Shown: positions 10,067-19,817, counted from the first letter of the stretch. The stretch is 64,000 nt of DNA from a virus (IMGVR_UViG_3300010352_002811:1-64000); one strand, 5' to 3'. Numbers and translations: made by a program. The notes: generated by a model from the letters alone, not told the origin.

Positions 10067-10492
10067 TCAGACTTCTTCAGCAGTTTCGTCTGTTTCTGGC
10101 TCAGGCTCAACCTTCTTAGCAGCCTTCTCTTCTTCCTTCTTCTGACGCTCTTTGATGTTCTTGGAAAGAGAAACAAGCTTCTTCCCTGTGACATCTCTAA
10201 GTCCTTCGGAAATTCTTCTCATGGCTGTCAATTCTTCGTCAGTGAAAATCTTGTCCTTATTGTCGCAAGAATTCTTCACAGTGTTAACTAGTGTCCGAAT
10301 GTCAATCAAAGCACGTTTCGAATCACCAGAAGCATAAAGATTCCCCTTGGTCGAAACAACTTGGAAAAAATCAGCAAGCCGAGAGACAACTTCTGATAGA
10401 TTCTCAAAAACACTGGTCGCATTTCCAAAATCATCAACTGAGAAGTCCTCTTCTTCGTTGATCTGAGTCTTAACATATTCCTTAAAGTCCAT
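10067..10492 (-). CDS. Putative internal head protein (leader MDFKEYVKTQINE|E)
   Basis: TATAAATA 10516-10523; terminator 10024-10055. Confidence 0.6.
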   Translation of the reverse strand: MDFKEYVKTQINEEEDFSVDDFGNATSVFENLSEVVSRLADFFQVVSTKGNLYASGDSKRALIDIRTLVNTVKNSCDNKDKIFTDEELTAMRRISEGLRDVTGKKLVSLSKNIKERQKKEEEKAAKKVEPEPETDETAEEV

Positions 10493-10577
10493 ATTTCATT
10501 TCTCCGTTATAGAACTATTTATAATTCGAAAAAAGAAAAGGATGACTCGGTTGAATCATCCTTAATTTTATCTAATT

Positions 10578-10979
10578 TTATGATGCGTAGATCGAAGGCA
10601 GAAATTTCTTTAGATATTCCTTTGACTTTGGAGTGATCTTCATTGCTTCAGTCAGTAGTCCCATTGAAACGAGTTCTGCGTCATCTTCAATTGATTCATT
10701 CATTAGAGATTCGGCAAAAGACGCGACCATTAGAGTACGAAGCTGACGAGCAGAGAGACGGATATCTTCAACTTCAGCTTCGGTCAATGCCTTTTCCTTA
10801 GAGCATTCAGAAGAAGATTTAGAAGAGCTTGATTCAGATTCTTCTTCCTTCTTCCCATTCTTTTCTTCATCGAGGATATCAACATCGCTCTGAGTGAAAG
10901 TGGGTGCGATGCTTGTGATTCCAAAACTAACATCGGCTTCTTGAATTAGAGCGGCTTTAATCTTTTCCTTTATGTCCAT
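10578..10979 (-). CDS. Acidic hypothetical late protein with several L/M-x-E sites
   Basis: Start reassigned to MDIKEK (10979); LIQEA, LTEA, LMNES; terminator 10536-10563. Confidence 0.55.
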   Translation of the reverse strand: MDIKEKIKAALIQEADVSFGITSIAPTFTQSDVDILDEEKNGKKEEESESSSSKSSSECSKEKALTEAEVEDIRLSARQLRTLMVASFAESLMNESIEDDAELVSMGLLTEAMKITPKSKEYLKKFLPSIYAS

Positions 10980-11274
10980 TTTTATCATCCTTTTCCTTAG
11001 ACGGAGTTTTCTTATCATTATTTATGAATTTCGAATTTAGAATATCCAGAACTTGCATTGAAACATCAGACAGTCTTGATTGGTACGCTTCCATCATTTG
11101 TCTAAGTTTAGTTTCTATAGCAGTTTTAAGGATTTGTTCATTCGAAAGTTCTATAGAGTCATTTTGTTTCTTGATTTCTTCAGCCAGTTCGACCAAAGAA
11201 TCAATCAGAGTTTGTTTCGAGTTCAACAGACCATAATCTTTATCATTAATATATTTCTCGAATTTAGTCTCCAT
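10957..11274 (-). CDS. Hypothetical protein
   Basis: ATG 11274 with AGGAG RBS (METKFEKYIN...). Confidence 0.55.
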   Translation of the reverse strand: METKFEKYINDKDYGLLNSKQTLIDSLVELAEEIKKQNDSIELSNEQILKTAIETKLRQMMEAYQSRLSDVSMQVLDILNSKFINNDKKTPSKEKDDKNGHKGKD

Positions 11275-11674
11275 TTTCAAATCTCCTGTATTCGAATTCA
11301 AGTTTTAGAGCGAAAGCGTAATCCTTGAGGTTCGAGTTTTGTTCTAACATATACTCAATTATAATATCTCGTTGGTTAATTTCTCTTTGAATTGAACATA
11401 CTTTTGGATCGCCATTCATCTTTATTTTCATTTCGTTAGCATTATCATAAAGGTTTGAGTGTTTCTTAATATCATCTAGAACATTTGATTTAATTTCGTC
11501 AAGTTTTGTAATGAGTTCTTTACGGTATGATGATTCTACTGATATTTGGTTAATCAGGATACTTCTGTATTTGTTGATTTTTGTATATTTGTCTTTTGAA
11601 GGATCATCGAAGAACTTAGTCATCGTTGCTTTCAGATTATCAAATTGGTCATACGTCATGTGGGTGTTTGTCAT
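11264..11674 (-). CDS. uvsY: UvsY-like recombination mediator
   Basis: 136 aa, helical, C-terminal EYRRFENG (T4 UvsY ends in a similar xRxFEAG); near uvsW. Confidence 0.7.
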   Translation of the reverse strand: MTNTHMTYDQFDNLKATMTKFFDDPSKDKYTKINKYRSILINQISVESSYRKELITKLDEIKSNVLDDIKKHSNLYDNANEMKIKMNGDPKVCSIQREINQRDIIIEYMLEQNSNLKDYAFALKLEFEYRRFENGD

Positions 11675-11831
11675 GTAGGTATTTAGACAGGTAAGAAATT
11701 GATGATGAGGTTTTGTGACCGGAAGACAATGAAGAAATATGGCCGTAATGAATTGTTTGAATAGGTTCTTGGCTGGATTAATGATTGTCTGACCATTGTT
11801 ATGTTTACATGATTAATTCTTCCGGAGGTCA

Positions 11832-11960
11832 GTTTGATGAGCGAAGCGAAATCAAACAGCGACGAACGAAGTGAGGAGCTTTAGAAGAAATGTTAATATA
11901 AAATAAAATTAACATTCGCTTCGCTCATTACTCAATCGTCGCTATCGCTCCTCATTCGTA
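11832..11960. repeat. Cluster of inverted repeats and GNA mini-hairpins around an AT-rich palindrome (candidate origin element)
   Basis: atgagcgaagcgaa / ttcgcttcgctcat; agcgacga / tcgtcgct; acgaagtgaggagc / gctcctcattcgt; aatgttaat...attaacatt. Confidence 0.75.
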
Positions 11961-12044
11961 AAAGACTATATGTTATATTGACCATGATTAAGACAAGATG
12001 ATGTTTAGACAATATTTAATTTATGTTTCGATAATTTTAATTTC

Positions 12045-12394
12045 ACTGCCTCCCCAAACCCCTCCAGACAAAACCCGTCAGTGTGGTTTGAGAAAAGCCA
12101 TCGAACTCAGTTCAACGTCCTCCGCAATGTCATACAAACCTTTGCTGTATCAATCAGTTCTTCGGTCGGCTACATTAATATCGCCTGACATTACCGTCGT
12201 GTTTGCTTTTGTATAGGACATTTCTGCCGATTTGACACTCCTAGCCATTTAGACTCCATGTCGAATCACTACCAAACATTCATTCACCTTGTTTCTTCAT
12301 CATGTCTCTCAATGAAGGTTCTGAGAATATATCTTTTGAGGGATAGTCTGGACCGCCTAAGCGAACACAACTCCGAAAGGATTTTAACCCCTTC
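12045..12394 (-). ncRNA. Candidate ~350-nt structured non-coding RNA (unassigned)
   Basis: TATAAATA at 12400-12407 plus a second promoter at 12481-12498; 5' hairpin, long-range helices, GAAA tetraloop, G-rich 3' tract; no credible ORF. Confidence 0.6.
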
Positions 12395-12535
12395 AACTTT
12401 ATTTATATCCTCGTTATTCTTCCAAGTCAAGCTGCCTTCGAAAATTTGTTTAGAAGGGCTTGTTGTGCTGGTTCTACAGGATTTTAGCTTGGAGAAATCT
12501 TGCTAAATATTCCTGAAGATAGGATAGACAAACCT

Positions 12536-12552
12536 TTCTTCCAAGCTACAAT
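12536..12552 (+). promoter_or_regulatory. Pre-replicative promoter with TTCTTCCA(A/T)GN box abutting the -10 (representative copy)
   Basis: Nine copies: 962(-), 12481(-), 12536, 15303, 18776, 25865, 27474, 43915, 63319. Each is an 11-nt box immediately followed by TANNAT or TATACT. Confidence 0.8.
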
Positions 12553-12573
12553 TATTTAGAAAGGAGTGCTGAC

Positions 12574-13074
12574 ATGGACAGAACCGCATACTACCTAATA
12601 CAGAACACTAATGGGGTAGAGACAATCAATTTTCAGAGAATGTTTGATAATTGTTGTATTGGTAAGAACACTGAGGCACTTCTGAATAAATTGTGGAATT
12701 ACGTGAATTTCTATGACGATGTGACTGAAGAACAGGAATTGAAGTTTTTAGAAATGCTGAAAAGTTTTGTCAATGTTAAGTTGGACAAATACACTCTTTT
12801 CAAAAACAAAATTGTCGACCGTCTTGCTTTTGAGTACGCGGTTGAAGTTTTGGAAGACACGAAGAAACATGAAAAGACTGAAACTGTCACCTGGATCGAT
12901 CATGCCGGGTTCTTCTATTTTGTTTTTGGAATTGAAGAAGAGAAATTGAACAAACTGATTCGAAACAAGATTTTTAGGATCGATTCCAGATTTTTTGAGA
13001 GAACGGGAATTGAAGCTCCTGGGGTTTTTCGGAGAGTAATGATTAAAGTTAGAAAGGCGTTTGATGTTCGTTAA
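12574..13074 (+). CDS. Hypothetical protein, first gene of the replication arm
   Basis: AAGGAG RBS, promoter at 12525-12552. Confidence 0.7.
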   Translation: MDRTAYYLIQNTNGVETINFQRMFDNCCIGKNTEALLNKLWNYVNFYDDVTEEQELKFLEMLKSFVNVKLDKYTLFKNKIVDRLAFEYAVEVLEDTKKHEKTETVTWIDHAGFFYFVFGIEEEKLNKLIRNKIFRIDSRFFERTGIEAPGVFRRVMIKVRKAFDVR

Positions 13075-15295
13075 ATTCAACAACCTTAAGTTCAAAAATA
13101 TTTTAAGTTACGGGAATAATGAAAATGTTGTGAACTTTGAACCTGGGATGACTTTGATTTCTGGGAAAAATGGAAACGGAAAATGTGTACGTCGGAATAC
13201 TGTAATTAAGATTAAAGCAACTAGGCAAGATACTTTATTGAAATGGTATTCGTACACTTTTAATAAGAATAGTTATTTTTCATGCAAGTCGATCAACGAA
13301 GAGTTTGTGACAACTGTAGGAGATGTTTCTGACTTTTACAGAATTTATCCAGCATGTATTGGTCATTTTGAAGTTTCAACTCGTTTTGGATACAAGACGA
13401 TTGAATTTGCTTGTATCACTTCATTTAATTCAGACATCATTCGAATTGAAACAGAGAACAGATATATTGAAACTTCTCCAGACCATCTTTTGTTTGTTTC
13501 CGGTAAGTGGATTCAAACAAAGTTTCTGAAAAAAGGAGACACGCTTGAGACTGAAGCTGGATTGGAGAAGATAAAGAAAACATCAAGATTGGATTTCGTA
13601 GAAGATTTATATGACCTCCAAGTTCAAGATGTTCATGAGTTTTTTGCGAATGGCGTGGTTTCTCATAACTCCACCATGATCGATGCTTTGTCATTTTGTT
13701 TGTATGGAAAGCCTTATAGGAAAATTAGAATAAATGATTTGATTAACCGCAGAAATAGGAAGAAACTTTATACAGAATGTAACTTTACTATTGGTGATGA
13801 TGAATACAAGATTGTTAGAACTCTTCAACCAAACAGTATAGAAATGTGGAAGAATGGGGTTGAGACTGAAAAACTATCTTCTAAGAAGTTGAATCAAGAA
13901 GAGATTAATAAAATCATTGGTCTTGATTATAGCCTGTTTCGAAATATTATAGCTCTTTCAATCAATTACAACAAAGCATTCTTGGCACTTGAAATTGCTG
14001 AGAAGAGAGACATCATCGAATCTATCTTCAATATCAAAATTTTCGCAGAGATGTTGAAGAAGTTGAAGACGAACAATTCGAATTTGAAAGTTCAGAATCA
14101 GGTCAACATTTCTCAAATTTCGATCCTTGAAACCACCATCAAGACATTAGCAAATCAGATTAAGAATGTTGAGAAAACCAAGTCAACATTCGATTCCGAC
14201 AAGGCTGAAAGAATCAAAGAACTGAATTTGGAATTTTCTCAGAAGCAAGAACATTATAAGCAGTTACAAAAAGAGAATAAGGAATTAGCTAAGAAGATTG
14301 CTGAGATTGAATCATTGCTAGACACGACTGATTTCTCTCATGAAGCTTCTGAATTGAATACTTTGATTAAACTGAGTGAAAAACAGTTCAATGACAATCT
14401 AAGCAAAATTGAATTGTTTGATAATAATGCGATTTGTCCTGATTGTGGCTCTGTGCTCGATCATAAACATAAGATACAAGAAATCACTCGGCTGAATTCT
14501 GAAAATGATAAACTGAAGAATGATGTTTCAAATGCTAAGAATAATAAGAGTGAATTGGCAAACAGATACAGAATTAATGAAGATAGAAAATCAGAAATTA
14601 CAAAGTATAAGAATAAGATAACAACGAATAATAATGAGATTGAGCATATTAAGAGAACTGCTGTTAGAATTAATTCAGACATCAAAAAGGAGAATGAAAG
14701 AATATTTGATTTTGATGATGTTCAATTAAAGTCCGATTATGAGTCTAAGAAGAATGATTATACAGCAGTTCATTCGGAATATGTTAACATTGCGGATGAT
14801 ATTAAGTATAATGATTTCGCGTTGAATATTCTGTCTGACCAGGGAATCAAGGCGTTCTTCTTCAAGCGTTTAGTCCCTATTCTGAATCAAAAAATAAATG
14901 GATACCTTGATATATTTGAGCTTCCACTTCAGATAAATTTTAATGATATGATGGAAGAAAATATTACAATGATTGGAAGCAAGGAAAACATTTCATACAT
15001 GTCATTCTCAGAAGGCGAAAAAAAGAGAATTGATATTGCGATTATGCTTAGCTTCATTGATACAACCAAAGTGATTTCTAACTGGAACTGTAACTTGCTT
15101 GCGTTTGATGAGATTCTTGATTCTTCCACGGATTCTGATGGGCTGGACAAGATTATGGGAGCAGTGAAGCAGATGACGATAGAACAAACAAATCTGTGCT
15201 GCTATATAATAAGTCATAGAGATAATGACCATGAGAATTATACACGGAAAATCATTGTTAAGAAGGTCGGTGGTTTTTCATCAATCAATGCTTAA
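13064..15295 (+). CDS. gp46: SbcC/Rad50-like recombination endonuclease subunit (gp46) with intein
   Basis: FKNILSYGN, Walker A GKNGNGK/ST split by the intein, CPDC zinc hook, SFSEGEKKRID, FDE, IISH. Confidence 0.95.
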   Translation: MFVKFNNLKFKNILSYGNNENVVNFEPGMTLISGKNGNGKCVRRNTVIKIKATRQDTLLKWYSYTFNKNSYFSCKSINEEFVTTVGDVSDFYRIYPACIGHFEVSTRFGYKTIEFACITSFNSDIIRIETENRYIETSPDHLLFVSGKWIQTKFLKKGDTLETEAGLEKIKKTSRLDFVEDLYDLQVQDVHEFFANGVVSHNSTMIDALSFCLYGKPYRKIRINDLINRRNRKKLYTECNFTIGDDEYKIVRTLQPNSIEMWKNGVETEKLSSKKLNQEEINKIIGLDYSLFRNIIALSINYNKAFLALEIAEKRDIIESIFNIKIFAEMLKKLKTNNSNLKVQNQVNISQISILETTIKTLANQIKNVEKTKSTFDSDKAERIKELNLEFSQKQEHYKQLQKENKELAKKIAEIESLLDTTDFSHEASELNTLIKLSEKQFNDNLSKIELFDNNAICPDCGSVLDHKHKIQEITRLNSENDKLKNDVSNAKNNKSELANRYRINEDRKSEITKYKNKITTNNNEIEHIKRTAVRINSDIKKENERIFDFDDVQLKSDYESKKNDYTAVHSEYVNIADDIKYNDFALNILSDQGIKAFFFKRLVPILNQKINGYLDIFELPLQINFNDMMEENITMIGSKENISYMSFSEGEKKRIDIAIMLSFIDTTKVISNWNCNLLAFDEILDSSTDSDGLDKIMGAVKQMTIEQTNLCCYIISHRDNDHENYTRKIIVKKVGGFSSINA
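13184..13669 (+). mobile_element. Mini-intein (162 aa) in gp46 Walker A
   Basis: GK|CVRRNT...TSPDH...YDLQV...NGVVSHN|ST. Confidence 0.93.
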
Positions 15296-15336
15296 CAAAT
15301 CATTCTTCCAAGGTATACTTTATTAGAGGGAACAAT

Positions 15337-15771
15337 ATGGCAAAACAAAAGAAAGGGTATATAGACAACATCAAATTTCACAAACTCCTCATTGAAAAAC
15401 ACGAACTCAAAGAATACCTATTAGAAAATGAATCCAAAGAAAAAGACCTGAGATTAAAAAGAGTTGAGAATGATATTGGACGAAAGCTGATAAAGATTGC
15501 TGATGGAATGGGGACAAGACCAAACTTCACAAATTATCCGTTCGACCAAATGGTAGATATGAAGTCTGATGCGATTTTCAACATGGCTAAAGCTGTCGAT
15601 GGATATGACATTACACGGTCAAATCCATTCGCATATTTCTCACAAATCACATGGAATTCGTTCCTCGCTTCAATCCAAAATATGAAGAAGCGAGTGAAGA
15701 CAACAATTAATGTAGAATTTGTTGATAATTTTGATGGTATGGAAAATGATATGACTGGGAGTGATGAGTGA
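15337..15771 (+). CDS. gp55: Late-transcription sigma factor (gp55-like)
   Basis: RPNFTNYP, DMKSDA, NPFAYFSQITWNSF. Confidence 0.9.
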   Translation: MAKQKKGYIDNIKFHKLLIEKHELKEYLLENESKEKDLRLKRVENDIGRKLIKIADGMGTRPNFTNYPFDQMVDMKSDAIFNMAKAVDGYDITRSNPFAYFSQITWNSFLASIQNMKKRVKTTINVEFVDNFDGMENDMTGSDE

Positions 15772-16808
15772 GAGTAGCAATCCTGAGTGACACCCATTTT
15801 GGAACTCGTAAGGGAAATGAAACCTTTCTAAACTCTCAATTGAAGTTTTTTAGAGAGCAATTCATCCCTCATTTGAAGCGTGAAGGAATCAAAACAATCC
15901 TTCACCTTGGAGACTTTTTTGACAACCGAGTTCATATCAATTCGAAAGTTCTGAACGCGGTGATTGAACTTCTTGGAACGGATATGAAGGATTTTGAAAT
16001 ATACATCCTTGTTGGAAATCATGACTCATATTTTGAATCAACTATTGAGGTTAATTCGATTGAGCCGCTTTCTCTTTTCCCACACGTTCACATCATCAAA
16101 ACTATCAATCAAATCCAACTCCAAGATAGAAAAATTACGATGGTTCCTTGGATTGTGAAAAATGAAGAAGCGATTGCTCAAATGGAATCTCTACCAACAT
16201 CAGATATTTGTGTTGGTCATTTTGAGATGGCTTCGTTTGACATGTTTCGAAATAAGATTTGTGAACATGGAATCTCTTTTGAATATTTCGCAAATCGTTA
16301 TCCTTTAACATTCTCTGGACACTTTCACACAAGATCGGTAAAAGAATTTGCGAACGGGAACAAGATTGTATACATGGGAAATCCTTATCATCTTACAAGA
16401 AATGATATTGGAGATGAACGTGGTTTCTGTATTTTGAATCTTGATGACCTAACTTATGAATTGATTAATAATGAAGTTTCTCTGAAATACATCGCCGTAA
16501 CATACCCTCAAGTCCTGACAGAAGAAATGGTCTCGGGGAACAATGTAGACGTGTATGTAGATTTACAAACTACATCTGAAGAAGACCTACATACTTATAT
16601 CAGAGAGATTGAATCTTTCCACCCAGCATTTTTGCCTGTCCAAATTAAGTCTGTCAATGCGATGTCTTACTCGACTTCAGCAGATATACAAGTTGGAACA
16701 GTTACAGATTTGATGTTGGAATATATTCAAGCTTTGGGAATTGAGAATAAAGAAAAGATGACAAAACTTATGATGTCATTGTATGAAGAATGTAAAAACG
16801 AAATCTAA
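15768..16808 (+). CDS. gp47: SbcD/Mre11-like nuclease (gp47)
   Basis: SDTHFG, LGDFFD, VGNHD, GHFE, SGHFH. Confidence 0.95.
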   Translation: MRVAILSDTHFGTRKGNETFLNSQLKFFREQFIPHLKREGIKTILHLGDFFDNRVHINSKVLNAVIELLGTDMKDFEIYILVGNHDSYFESTIEVNSIEPLSLFPHVHIIKTINQIQLQDRKITMVPWIVKNEEAIAQMESLPTSDICVGHFEMASFDMFRNKICEHGISFEYFANRYPLTFSGHFHTRSVKEFANGNKIVYMGNPYHLTRNDIGDERGFCILNLDDLTYELINNEVSLKYIAVTYPQVLTEEMVSGNNVDVYVDLQTTSEEDLHTYIREIESFHPAFLPVQIKSVNAMSYSTSADIQVGTVTDLMLEYIQALGIENKEKMTKLMMSLYEECKNEI

Positions 16809-16817
16809 GAGGAAAAT

Positions 16818-17120
16818 ATGAAGCTCATCACAGAAAATGAATTTAAGAATACAATCGAAACAGGAATTACTTTGATTGATTTTTTTGCCCCTTGGTGTGG
16901 ACCTTGTAAGGCTATGGCAACCTATTTGGATAAGATTGAAACAAACCATTCAAATATTAAGTTCGCTAAGATTGATACTGATGAATGCGAAGAAGTAAAT
17001 AGTGTATATCAAGTTAGAGCACTACCAACAGTTGTTCTTTTTAAGGATGGCGTTGAGGTTGATCGCATTGTCGGATTCACCACTAAGGCTGTTGATGAGT
17101 TGCTACGAAAGGCTGTATAA
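16818..17120 (+). CDS. trxA: Thioredoxin
   Basis: DFFAPWCGPCK, LPT. Confidence 0.95.
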   Translation: MKLITENEFKNTIETGITLIDFFAPWCGPCKAMATYLDKIETNHSNIKFAKIDTDECEEVNSVYQVRALPTVVLFKDGVEVDRIVGFTTKAVDELLRKAV

Positions 17121-18310
17121 TGGAAACAACCACGTTCGAACAATTTAAGGAATCAATTGATAATATCGCTGGAATTAAACAAGCACAGAATTTAATCCCA
17201 ATTAAGAAGAGTTTTTTGTTAAGCTTTGTATCAGATGGTGCAGGGGTTGGTCATATACGAAATATTTTCCCTATGACTTATCTAAATTCGATTTATGGGA
17301 AAAGTGCTGAGCTTATTCCAATTATTACTCCTGTGTTTATTTGGCAGCACGATATTCTTGTCCGCACTAAGTCTTTATATTTTCAGCGCCAAATGTCTCC
17401 AGACCAATTACAATCTGTGATGCAGTATAAAGAACTTCAGAAGCAGTATGGATATAAGATGGTTTGGGATATTGATGATTTTATCTGGGGGCATAATGAG
17501 AAGCAGGGGGGAACTATTGATGATGGAGTTCCTTCTTACAATTTGGGTTATCCAGGAATTACTGACGCTGCTAAAGAAGCATCAATTGAAATTATAAAGT
17601 TGATGGATTTGATTACAGTATCTACAGAATATCTAAAATGGTATCTACAAACTGTTAAAGGTATCACTGTTCCTATTCAAGTTGTTCCAAATGCGGTTCC
17701 TAAGTATTTCTGGGGGAACAAGCGTAAGCGTCCTATAACTAAAGATATTCAAAAGCCACGGGTAGTTTACACAGGTTCTCCGACGCATTATAATAATCAA
17801 GAAAAGCTTCCAGGAGACTTTGGAAATGCTTGGAAGGATTGGGTTATCAAGGCGGTGAATGAAGGACGAATTGATTTTTGGGTGATGGGAGGTCTTCCAT
17901 TTTTCTTCGAATCAATTAAGAACAAGATTCATATTTTTGATTGGGTTGGAAGTTTTCAATATCACCATGTTGTAAGAGATATTAATGCTGACTTTGCTAT
18001 AATGCCTTTAGTCCCAAACAATTTCAATCACTCTAAGTCGGATATTAAGGCTATTGAACTATATGCTTGTGGTGTTGCTTGTATTGGCACGACATTCACA
18101 AACGGTAAGCCTTCTCCTTATGATAACAATCCTTTAACTCTTCCAGACACATGTACGGTTTCAGACATTGATTCTCTTGTGTCTAAATATTGTAAGATGG
18201 ATGCTTATAATAAAGTTCTTGAAGTACAGTATAACAAGATGAATAAAGAGCATCGTTATCTTGAAGACCCAGTATATGTTAAGTTACTAGTTGACTCTTA
18301 TTTTATTTAA
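17120..18310 (+). CDS. GT-B fold glycosyltransferase-like protein
   Basis: FQRQ, WDIDD, ITVST, VPN, YTGSPTH, PL..NNFN.SKSDIK..E. Confidence 0.7.
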   Translation: METTTFEQFKESIDNIAGIKQAQNLIPIKKSFLLSFVSDGAGVGHIRNIFPMTYLNSIYGKSAELIPIITPVFIWQHDILVRTKSLYFQRQMSPDQLQSVMQYKELQKQYGYKMVWDIDDFIWGHNEKQGGTIDDGVPSYNLGYPGITDAAKEASIEIIKLMDLITVSTEYLKWYLQTVKGITVPIQVVPNAVPKYFWGNKRKRPITKDIQKPRVVYTGSPTHYNNQEKLPGDFGNAWKDWVIKAVNEGRIDFWVMGGLPFFFESIKNKIHIFDWVGSFQYHHVVRDINADFAIMPLVPNNFNHSKSDIKAIELYACGVACIGTTFTNGKPSPYDNNPLTLPDTCTVSDIDSLVSKYCKMDAYNKVLEVQYNKMNKEHRYLEDPVYVKLLVDSYFI

Positions 18311-18319
18311 GGATTTCCG

Positions 18320-18718
18320 ATGAAGAAGAATGAAAAATATTATCCAATCGTCATCTGTGGAGCATTTTTCGCAGAGGTAGATTTGAAAGAGCCGTTTGAA
18401 TTTTCTGAAACTGACACGATTGTTGACATCACCGAAAAGTTCAAGGGATTTTTCGATGGTGTTGATTTCACTCAGTACCCGGAATTCATGAAGCATATTA
18501 TCATGATGCATTCGACAAACGTGCTCTATGAAGAAAAAGATGATGAGCCAGGATTCTATGTCGGAGTTCCTTTCTATTGTGTCCCAGACCATTTTTCCGT
18601 GAAGAGAGTATGTGTTGATGTTCGAAATCTGTTCATCAATTCGGGTTTGATTCCTGATGATGTCGATCCAAATTTCATCAAGCTCTTTTCAAAAATCATA
18701 AAAATAAAAGAAACTTGA
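18320..18718 (+). CDS. Hypothetical protein
   Basis: ORF with RBS; terminator 18733-18760 follows. Confidence 0.6.
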   Translation: MKKNEKYYPIVICGAFFAEVDLKEPFEFSETDTIVDITEKFKGFFDGVDFTQYPEFMKHIIMMHSTNVLYEEKDDEPGFYVGVPFYCVPDHFSVKRVCVDVRNLFINSGLIPDDVDPNFIKLFSKIIKIKET

Positions 18719-18808
18719 GATTGGATGAGAACAGGGTCGGGCAAAAATCCGGCCCTTTTCTTTTGCCTGCCTCATTTCTGCCAAGTTACAATACTAAGAG
18801 GTACAAAC

Positions 18809-19567
18809 ATGATCCAATTGTTCAATGACGACTGTTTAGAAATTCTTCCAAGGCTGAGTGATGAAAGTGTGGAACTCATTCTAGTCGATCTTCCATATGC
18901 GGTGACTGATTGTGAATGGGATGTGATTATTCCGTTTGAGTTCATGTGGAAAGAGTTGAACAGAATTGCCAAGCCAAAGACTCCAATGGTTTTCACCGCG
19001 ACGCAACCATTCACATCCATGCTTCTAATGAGTAATAAGAAACAATTCAAACACGAGTGGATTTGGGAGAAGAGTCAAGGAACAAATCCAATGGCTTCGA
19101 ATTATGCTCCAATGAAATGTCACGAATCAGTTCTTGTGTTTGGAAATGGTTCGATCAATTACTTCCCCCAAATGGAAAAAGGAAAACCGTATGGAGGATT
19201 TAGTGGAGATAAAGGAATTGGTGAAGTGTATGGGAAGAATCTAAAATCGACACATAGAGACAATCCAACAGGCGAAAGATTTCCAAGAAGCGTTCAATAC
19301 TTCAAGAGCGAAAAAGGATTCCACCCAACTCAAAAGCCAGTAGAATTGATGGAATATTTGGTCAACACTTATTGCTCTGAAAATGGAACCGTGCTTGATT
19401 TTACCATGGGTTCGGGGACTACAGGAGTTGCCGCTGTAAACTGTGGAAGAAATTTTATCGGAGTTGAACGAGATGATGAGTATTTCAAAATTTGTCAAGA
19501 ACGAATTGGAAATGCTGAAAAGATAATGAAGAAAAAAGAAAATGGAGTTAAAAGGTTTTTCAAGTAA
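18809..19567 (+). CDS. DNA N6A/N4C methyltransferase (beta class)
   Basis: DLPY, HPTQKP, DFTMGSGTTG; start reassigned to ATG 18809. Confidence 0.93.
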   Translation: MIQLFNDDCLEILPRLSDESVELILVDLPYAVTDCEWDVIIPFEFMWKELNRIAKPKTPMVFTATQPFTSMLLMSNKKQFKHEWIWEKSQGTNPMASNYAPMKCHESVLVFGNGSINYFPQMEKGKPYGGFSGDKGIGEVYGKNLKSTHRDNPTGERFPRSVQYFKSEKGFHPTQKPVELMEYLVNTYCSENGTVLDFTMGSGTTGVAAVNCGRNFIGVERDDEYFKICQERIGNAEKIMKKKENGVKRFFK

Positions 19568-19592
19568 GTATTGTTTTTAAGATTGGAACTAA

Positions 19593-19817
19593 ATGAAAAT
19601 ACAAATGCGGTTCTCTAAAGCGGATACATTTTATGATAGTGAGTTTGAACTTGAACTGGAAGAAGATGTTTCAATACGTATAGTTCAAAGAAAACATAAA
19701 ATTGAATATCATGGATTTTATTGTTCAAAATCTTTCAATAATGCGATTTGCTTCCGAAAAGAAAAACCAATTAGAAAAATGATTGAAATATTGAAAGAGT
19801 TTAGGAAATACGAGTAA
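19593..19817 (+). CDS. Small basic protein (MKI... family)
   Basis: MKIQMRF...LKEFRKYE. Confidence 0.55.
   Translation: MKIQMRFSKADTFYDSEFELELEEDVSIRIVQRKHKIEYHGFYCSKSFNNAICFRKEKPIRKMIEILKEFRKYE

Noticed and set aside
11832-11960. CRISPR array
   Set aside because: Repeats are short, inverted and not regularly spaced; no cas genes
12045-12394. Assignment of the candidate RNA as tmRNA, RNase P or a group I intron
   Set aside because: No tRNA-like TpsiC/CCA end, no RNase P P4 consensus, and not interrupting a gene
11998-12506. Plus-strand ORFs 11998-12216 and 12258-12506
   Set aside because: Atypical composition and no RBS; the region is better explained as structured non-coding sequence on the minus strand
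18725-18808. Upstream starts given in the ORF track (also 4652, 11018, 35903, 42439, 49295, 49980, 62749)
   Set aside because: The extensions run through terminators, promoters or neighbouring genes; downstream ATGs fit RBS, promoter spacing and domain starts
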